DNA of 57,294 bases, filler included, from Dugesia japonica (Eukaryota), in assembly GCA_001938525.1 (NCBI GenBank). It is 4 parts of 4 records of this genome, joined end to end, with 100 filler letters (N's around TTAATTAATTAA, not from the genome) between each part and the next. Parts side by side here need not be neighbours in the genome. Positions count along the whole stretch, not along the records: positions 34,192 to 57,294 come from MQRL01633005.1; 3 more parts are not named here. One strand, written 5' to 3'. Below, one piece after another: positions 50,351 to 57,294 of the stretch. Both the position numbers and the translations under genes were made by a program. Under the pieces are notes generated by a model. The model was given only the letters and a program-made list of their open reading frames with translations. It did not search any database and had not been told where the DNA came from. The stretch's first letter is position 1. Each line of letters begins with the position of its first letter.

Positions 50351-52347
50351 TATTAAAATAAATTTTCAATAAGTTTCTGAAAATAGATTTTTTTCGAACT
50401 CTCCCGACTGACATTTCATATTTTACTAATTTCCTAATTCAGATGTCGTGCGGAGAATATTTTCCAGTTGTATATATTTTTGTGAAATATTCTCAAAACA
50501 AAATATTCTGAATTATAAATGTATGATAATCAGTTTAGCTAGTGAATTTTCTCTAAATCAAAAAGAAATACAGCGGCATGAAATTTCAAATTTAGTTTAA
50601 CTCTAATGAAAATGATTGCATCTCAGTAATGTAGATACATGAATCATTTTATGTTGTATTTTTGTTTTAATTTTAAATAATAAATTTTTTCTAGTATTTC
50701 AATTATTTTTTTTATTGTTAACCAATAATGAAATCTTTTAAAAAAAAAGTTATTTAATTACATAAAACGATATTCGAAAAAGAAAAAAATAAAAAAATAA
50801 GTTTCTGATTTTTCATTATTATATACGAAACTGATTGAATTTCAACTGCTTAAGAGATAAAAATGACAAATTGTCAAAAGTGGAGATTTTTGTTTTTAAA
50901 TAAAACTATTTCGCAGAAACTACTTAATTTAGGAGATTTATGAAAGAAATTCTTTTAGAAATTGCATTGATAAAATTTATTTAAAACATATTTATTTATT
51001 AATTATTATTAAAAAAATAATATCGTTTTTAAAACTTTAGCTTTAAACTCAAGCAACTGAAATCTGAATAAAATCTTTTAATTAAAATTAGTAATAATAT
51101 TTTAGAAGCTTGTAAAAATTATTTTTCGCTGTATTTGTTTTAATATTAACTGATAAACATATATTTTAACTAAAGTATTCAATAACGGAAACAATACAAT
51201 GACGTAGAATCTATCTGTAAGAGTTGAAACCAGTTATTTGAAGTCTCTAAATTTTGTAACAATTCCAACTCTGACTAATTGTTTATAAACAAAATATTGA
51301 TGTTTTGAAGGGTGCTCGTAACTAGGAAACTAGAGAATCAAACCATGGCAGACTGGTACCCCCCCGTGACCAATCCCTTTTCATTTTGACTGATGTGCTA
51401 CCATTTTTGACTAGAATGGTGCCAATTTTGACCTGCTTTTAAAGGTTTTGACTGCAGGTTACCTTTGACCGTTGGTTCATAAATTCTGACGGTTGGTTCA
51501 ATATCTTTAATTGCTTATTTTGACTGCCGTCCAATTTATGACTGTTGTTTCATTATTTTTGATTGATGGCTGTTGTTTTGCTAAAGTATCTATGGACTAA
51601 ATGGTAAGCACAGCTTTACTGTGGTAAGATTGAGCCACTGCCGCTACAGTTTCACTGTGGCATGTTCAGACTAACTGGCACAGCAAAACTGTGCTCTATT
51701 TTACTGTTGATCATTTCTATCATACTTAATCAACCTTATTGTGAACCATTCAAAACCCTTTAAAATTTATTGCAACCAAATCAATATGGGTATCGTTCAA
51801 ACCGTAATTTGATGGTCATTTCTTACATGCTAGATTAACCCTATGGTCAACCATTGAATACATGAAACCATTCAAGATCCTTCAAATTTTATTTTTATAC
51901 GTCTAAATGAGTAAAGCACAATGAGATGACAAATATTTCTAGTATTACAAAACCTTGTGATGGACCAATGGAAACCCTTAAAACCATTTAAATCTTTTAA
52001 AATGTATTTTTATACATCGATGTAGATATCGTTAAAACCATAATGAGTTGACAAACATTTGTAGCATATCTTTAAATTTGTACAACAAAAATCTATTAAT
52101 TTAATTTATTTAATTACTAATAAAGTATACTCAGAAATTAAAACAATAAAAATACAACATTATTCACATCAATAAAATTTATTATTCACAACATTTTTAA
52201 AATATTATTTGAGTTGTATTGTTCTGAGAATGTCTGAAAAATTTGTTTTACTAAAGAATAATACAAATAATTATTTCTAAGCAAAATTTATTACCTGTTA
52301 GTCAGTAATCTGGTTTCTTTAAGCCACAATAGTTTACGGAATAAATA

Positions 52348-55300
52348 CTACATGTCATCCTCAAATATTGTGTTATTAAAATGTCCATATGGTATGCTTT
52401 CCTTTTCACTTATCCAAACTCGCTTATCATCATTGCTCGTTAATGCAATTTTTTACCCTTAAAAGTTAATAATTGATGGTTCTTCGTCCCTATTCTTATT
52501 TGTTCTACTGAAATATTTTCATTGTTATTATAAAAATCAAGATACGACTGATGTGTCATGTCAGTATACTTCAATGTTTCTCTTTTTGCTTTCATTGTTT
52601 TTTTCACTAAGGAGACTATAACATTTGTGTCTCAGAAATATTCACTCAGTATATGTTTCCTTTTGACTCATCTTTAAATTTTCCCACCACAGAGTTCAAA
52701 TTGTTAGTATATATAGTATGACTTTCACTATAATTTGATGTGTTCAGTAACTGATCCTTCACCATCAATTCCAATAGTTTTTCCAATTTCATGTTTTTAA
52801 CTTCAAGAAAAAAGCTATCTGTCTTTATTAATCACACAATTTTCTTCTTTACAATATTTCTCCAACTTGATGTATTTTAACTGATACATTCTCAACTTTG
52901 ACAAATCAATTACAGTTTGTCCAATGTAGCTTGGACAATCAAAACATATTATTTCCTTATTTAATAATACACCAATTAAATTATCATCGATTTTTATAGA
53001 CCTCTTGAACCTAGGTTTTGATGTTTAAGTTAATAATATTTTAGCTGAATTACAGATCCTAAGATTTATTCTCTTCATTAAAGTTTTCACGGACTTTCCA
53101 TACAAACTATAATTCATTAACTTGTAATAATTTGTATCCAACTTTGATTTACTTTCGGATCTTAATTTAGTATTTACATATTTATAGCTCTTAAAAATAT
53201 TAGCCCGAGTAAACTTTACTTCTCTATGAATGTTTTCTACTTGCGCACCTAAATGTAGATACATTTTTAACAGTCTTTATTGTGTCCTACATAATTTTCT
53301 TTTGGATAATGTGTTAACAATAGTTTCTTAACAATTAATCGTGGATAACATTGATGTTCCGCTGCTACCAGGAAATCACTAAGTTAATAATTTAATCCAT
53401 CAGAAATTATCATATCAACTTCTAATACATAACCATACTGTAATGAATCTAAATTTCCTGACTTGCATTCTTCCAATATCTTATCTAAATCTAAATATAC
53501 CTACTGAAAATCTTTGTAGGGTAATGTTTGGCCTAAAGCCCATTCATATAAGTTATTGATGTCTGTGTGCAAGAGCTCAGTGTTTTCATCAGTCTGCACA
53601 TAATGCTTTTTAACAAATGTCAGTCCTCATCGGATTTCACCCTCAAAAAATGTATACATGTCATTATCCGTAAGCAATTGAATGGGTTCATCTAGAGTCA
53701 TCAATTCAGATGCCCATGACATAATAGGGATACCAAAAAATGTCAAGGGTTCTAGATTATTATGAGCAATTGACTTGCTTAGAACTGTTGGAAAAAGTCT
53801 GCTAATAAAAACACATCTAACTTGAAATATAGCATCATATAGTCAAGTAGGTTATTACATCCAATAATTTCATACATTTCAATCGCTTTGTTGTATTCAT
53901 CATCAGTAACTTCATTCCATTTTGGTGGCATACTTGTAGTTTCCTGCAGCACCTGTAAACTGGTGGCATAATTGTACGAGAAAAATCCTTTTGTTGTGAT
54001 TATTGATGGATTGTTGCACTTTCTTGTTGTCAACGGTGTTGATTTGATTGATTTGACTGCAGCAGCTAGTGAAGAATTGATGAATTGGTAAGAATCAATA
54101 ATCTTTATTGTTGTTTTTGTTTGATGAAGAATGAGACATAAAAACATTTCAGTGGTTGTTGGAAAGCAAGATATCCCAATCTGAAAATTGGTTGAGACCA
54201 TACTTGGGAATATGATGCAGGTCGTATCCTCTTAAATTATGAAATACTACAGGTATTCAAACCGGATCTGTCTTGATAAATTGCATTTGTTGCATGCTGT
54301 GCCTTTGAATTCGCCAGTAAAGTGTTCATGATCTCGAACTGGTTGCACAATTGATTTTTACATAAATAATTGAAACAAATTGAACAAAGTTACTTGGGCC
54401 GCAGTTATCTTCATTTTCTTTTTTCCATGTTCAATATAATATGGATAAACGATATTCTTATTGATTTCTTCAATTTTATTCAGGAGTTCAAAAATGCAGT
54501 GATCTCTAATAAACTGATTATATTTGACTTCATTTGAATAATTGTTTACCAGTAATAGTCCGGCTAAAATGGATAAATGTTTTCGATGATAAATCGGATC
54601 TTAAGGTAAAACTGATTCCAAATCAGCAAATATAACAAAAGGAGGAGATTTTGTTTTTGAGTAATTTTTAAACGCCAGGTTAGGATATGATGGCATGTTT
54701 TACAAGTTTGTACCAGTTTAAGTTTTGTTACATATAGGTACATGTTTCTCAAAAGTATTTTTACTATAAAATCCATTAAGACAGTTTGGACACCAGATTG
54801 ATTGGATTCTGACACCATTTCTTTAACCGTCCCTATTCATTAGCCTATTTAAATTTAATACTGCTGTATAATGGTATTTATCACCATCTTCTGATAATAA
54901 GAGATTTATTCTTTATCCATCTTCTACTTTAGATCTGTGGATGATATCTAAATTTAGGTGCTTCAACATCACATCATCTTCATCTTCTATTGATTTTTCG
55001 TCCCAGGATAGGACATTAATTGACAATCCAGGATGTTCTTTTTCAAACTTGTGGATGTTTGTTAGTTTTATTGGTAAATTGTTTTCATCATATAGGAGAT
55101 CTGACATGAATTCTTCATAATTTACTAACCGATTCATATGTTTTTTATCAACTTCATCCTTTTTGAAATTTCAAGAACACTATATATAAAGCAATTTTTA
55201 TCATTGTTCTTGATATTAACAATGGCATTTTTTCTTTTAAGGTTTTCAGGAGTCGAGATGTAGCTTTTACCGAAAAGCCTACTGATATTTAAAATCTTAG

Positions 55301-55850
55301 TAATTTTAAAATTGATTTCTAAAATCCTACTAAGATCCAGCTTCAACCCAACTCACTTCTTACTACTATCTTTTCATTTAACCTTTTAATATCATCTTCA
55401 AAAAAGTTATTGGTTAAAGGAATAGCGCTTTTTGAAAGTCTACTAGTCTTCACCTCTTCCTTCTTCATAAATACCACCTTTATTCCGAATTAAATTATGA
55501 TTTGCTTGAAATCCTCTATTATTTTGAATAATCTTTATAATAAAGACCGCAGTAAAGTGATTTCTTGTGTAATCCATCGAGATACATCCAGTTTTAAAAT
55601 CTGGAGGCAACGGTATAGATCAGTTTCTATCAATGCTTCATCCACCAAATTGATCCATTATTTGATTGCTATTTTCATATTCCATTTCCCATTTCTCGTG
55701 TTTTGTTATTTTTGCTGGAGGTCCGTTTAATATTTCCATCAATAATTCCTTTTTACTTGTAGTGTATTGTGCCATATGTACTGCGTGCAATTTATAAAAA
55801 TTTCAATATGTACCTAATTCTAATGTTTTACATGAAAGACAAACATAGTA
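52348..55850 (-). pseudogene. Near full-length Polinton pPolB with EndoVII/HNH insertion (second family)
   Basis: KNNDKNCFIYSV, PPFVIFADLE, VRDHEHFTGEFKGTACNKCNL, FHNLRGYDLH, IIDSYQF, YFKLDVFLLAD, DINNLY, YYKLMNYSLYGK, GKFKDE, NDDKR..PYGH. Many frameshifts. Confidence 0.95.
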
Positions 55851-56305
55851 ATTTATCACGTTATATCTGATTTTAAAGTATTCTTCCATCACAGTGTGGC
55901 AGCGACCTTTGTGAATGGAGCTGGGACCGTAGTTTTGATACGAATGTCAAGATTCTAAAATAATATTTAAGAATCAATATCATGAAATTATTATTATGAT
56001 TATTATAGCAAGCAATTATGGCTTCTATAATAATATTATTACTAGTAGTGATATCGGTATTAATAATTTAAAATATTATAAAAACTATTTAATATTTTGA
56101 TAAAAAACATCAATAAGTCAAAGATGGTAAATTAATTATTTTATTTAAAATATATTTACATATTAATTTAAGTTAATGATATAAATATGATACAAATATT
56201 AATAACATGTTATTATTATTACACAAATGATGTTAAATGATTTTTGTTATTATAATAATAAAAAAAATAATAATAACAAAAAAAACAAAAATAATAAAAA
56301 TAATG

Positions 56306-56343
<38 letters not shown>

Positions 56344-56667
56344 ACAGAACAATAATNNNNNNNNNNNNNNNNNNNNNNNNNNNNNNNNNNNNNNNNNNNN
56401 NNNNNNNNNNNNNNNNNNNNNNNNNNNNNNNNNNNNNNNNNNNNNNNNNNNNNNNNNNNNNNNNNNNNNNNNNNNNNNNNNNNNNNNNNNNNNNNNNNNN
56501 NNNNNNNNNNNNNNNNNNNNNNNNNNNNNNNNNNNNNNNNNNNNNNNNNNNNNNNNNNNNNNNNNNNNNNNNNNNNNNNNNNNNNNNNNNNNNNNNNNNN
56601 NNNNNNNNNNNNNNNNNNNNNNNNNNNNNNNNNNNNNNNNNNNNNNNNNNNNNNNNNNNNNNNNNNT

Positions 56668-56752
56668 TCTGTCTAGCATTACATTGATTCAGATTGAAAT
56701 TCATTCCATTTTGTCTAGCATTTGATTGAACCCGATTGAATTTCATTCCATT
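56668..56752. repeat. ~42-bp tandem repeat (2 visible units next to a gap)
   Basis: tgtctagcatt...gattgaa(a/t)ttcattccatt occurs twice. Confidence 0.7.
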
Positions 56753-57222
56753 CTCTTTGAACTTCGTTTCAAATTGGTTGAAATGTGTTTCGCTCTGATT
56801 TATATTAACTTAATTTTTATGCATATTTGACATATTTTCATCATTCTATAATTCAGTCTGAACATGCCACAGCGAAGCTGTGCTTACCATTTAGTCCATA
56901 GATACTTAAGCAAAGCTGTAGCCATTGGTAAAAAATAGTGATCCAACAGTCACAAATATTGAACCAACAGTCAAAATTGGACAGCAGTCAAAATAAGCAA
57001 TCAAAACCTTTAAAACCAGGTAAAGAAAATGGTACCATACTAGTCAAAAATGGTAACATATCAGTCAAAAATCATAAAAAAAACCAGTCAAAATTAATAA
57101 ACCAAGCAGTTAGCCAAAGGTGGCTCACCGCTGGAGGAGGGTATCAGTCAGTGATGGTTCGATGCGCTAGTTTCTCCCTACTCTCGTCGCTTCTTTTGGG
57201 GAACATAAATTATTCATTTAAA

Positions 57223-57294
57223 TTAAATAATAAATAATAAATAATAAATAATAAATAATAAATAATAAATAATAAATAATAAATAATAAATAAT
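57223..57294. repeat. (TAAATAA)n 7-mer satellite
   Basis: Direct read to the window end. Confidence 0.95.

Larger units (their letters stand above)
51318..57184. mobile_element. Putative Polinton-derived element bounded by ~350-bp diverged inverted repeats (51318-51672 / 56855-57184)
   Basis: agtatctatggactaaatggtaagcacagctt (~51585) is the reverse complement of aagctgtgcttaccatttagtccatagatact (~56875). Similarity continues to both outer ends. Confidence 0.7.

Noticed and set aside
9118-57184. One giant intact Polinton spanning the window
   Set aside because: The pieces lie on different contigs separated by synthetic linkers, belong to at least two pPolB families and are all pseudogenised.

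Overview
Very AT-rich eukaryotic (animal) draft-assembly DNA made almost entirely of decayed mobile elements. A triclad-planarian-like host is a guess only, from AT content, (AAT)n satellites, ~50-nt introns and a TRAF fragment. Three identical 100-nt spacers (N44-TTAATTAATTAA-N44 at 9018-9117, 25371-25470, 34092-34191) are artificial contig linkers, so the window is four contigs whose adjacency is not established. The only clear host gene is the first four exons of a WDR7/Rabconnectin-3B homolog (7468-8152). Polinton/Maverick (adintovirus-like) remnants dominate. They include four protein-primed PolB pieces (two retain an EndoVII/HNH insertion), chromodomain integrases, penton-like genes, an A32-like ATPase and a GasderminX-like membrane protein. 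No major capsid or adenain gene was recognised. Also present are two Ty3/Gypsy families, mariner and hAT(Buster) elements, a perfect foldback MITE and microsatellites. The most unusual items are (1) a dense minus-strand cassette at 22476-25199 encoding a catalytically dead DEDDh nuclease fold with Q/N-rich and acidic regions plus a RING ORF, joined to a truncated pPolB, (2) a ~5.9 kb inverted-repeat-bounded element whose only recognisable gene is pPolB, (3) an intronless TRAF fragment joined to a Gypsy RT, and (4) duplicated HTH-like ORFs separated by 13-bp iterons upstream of a pPolB.
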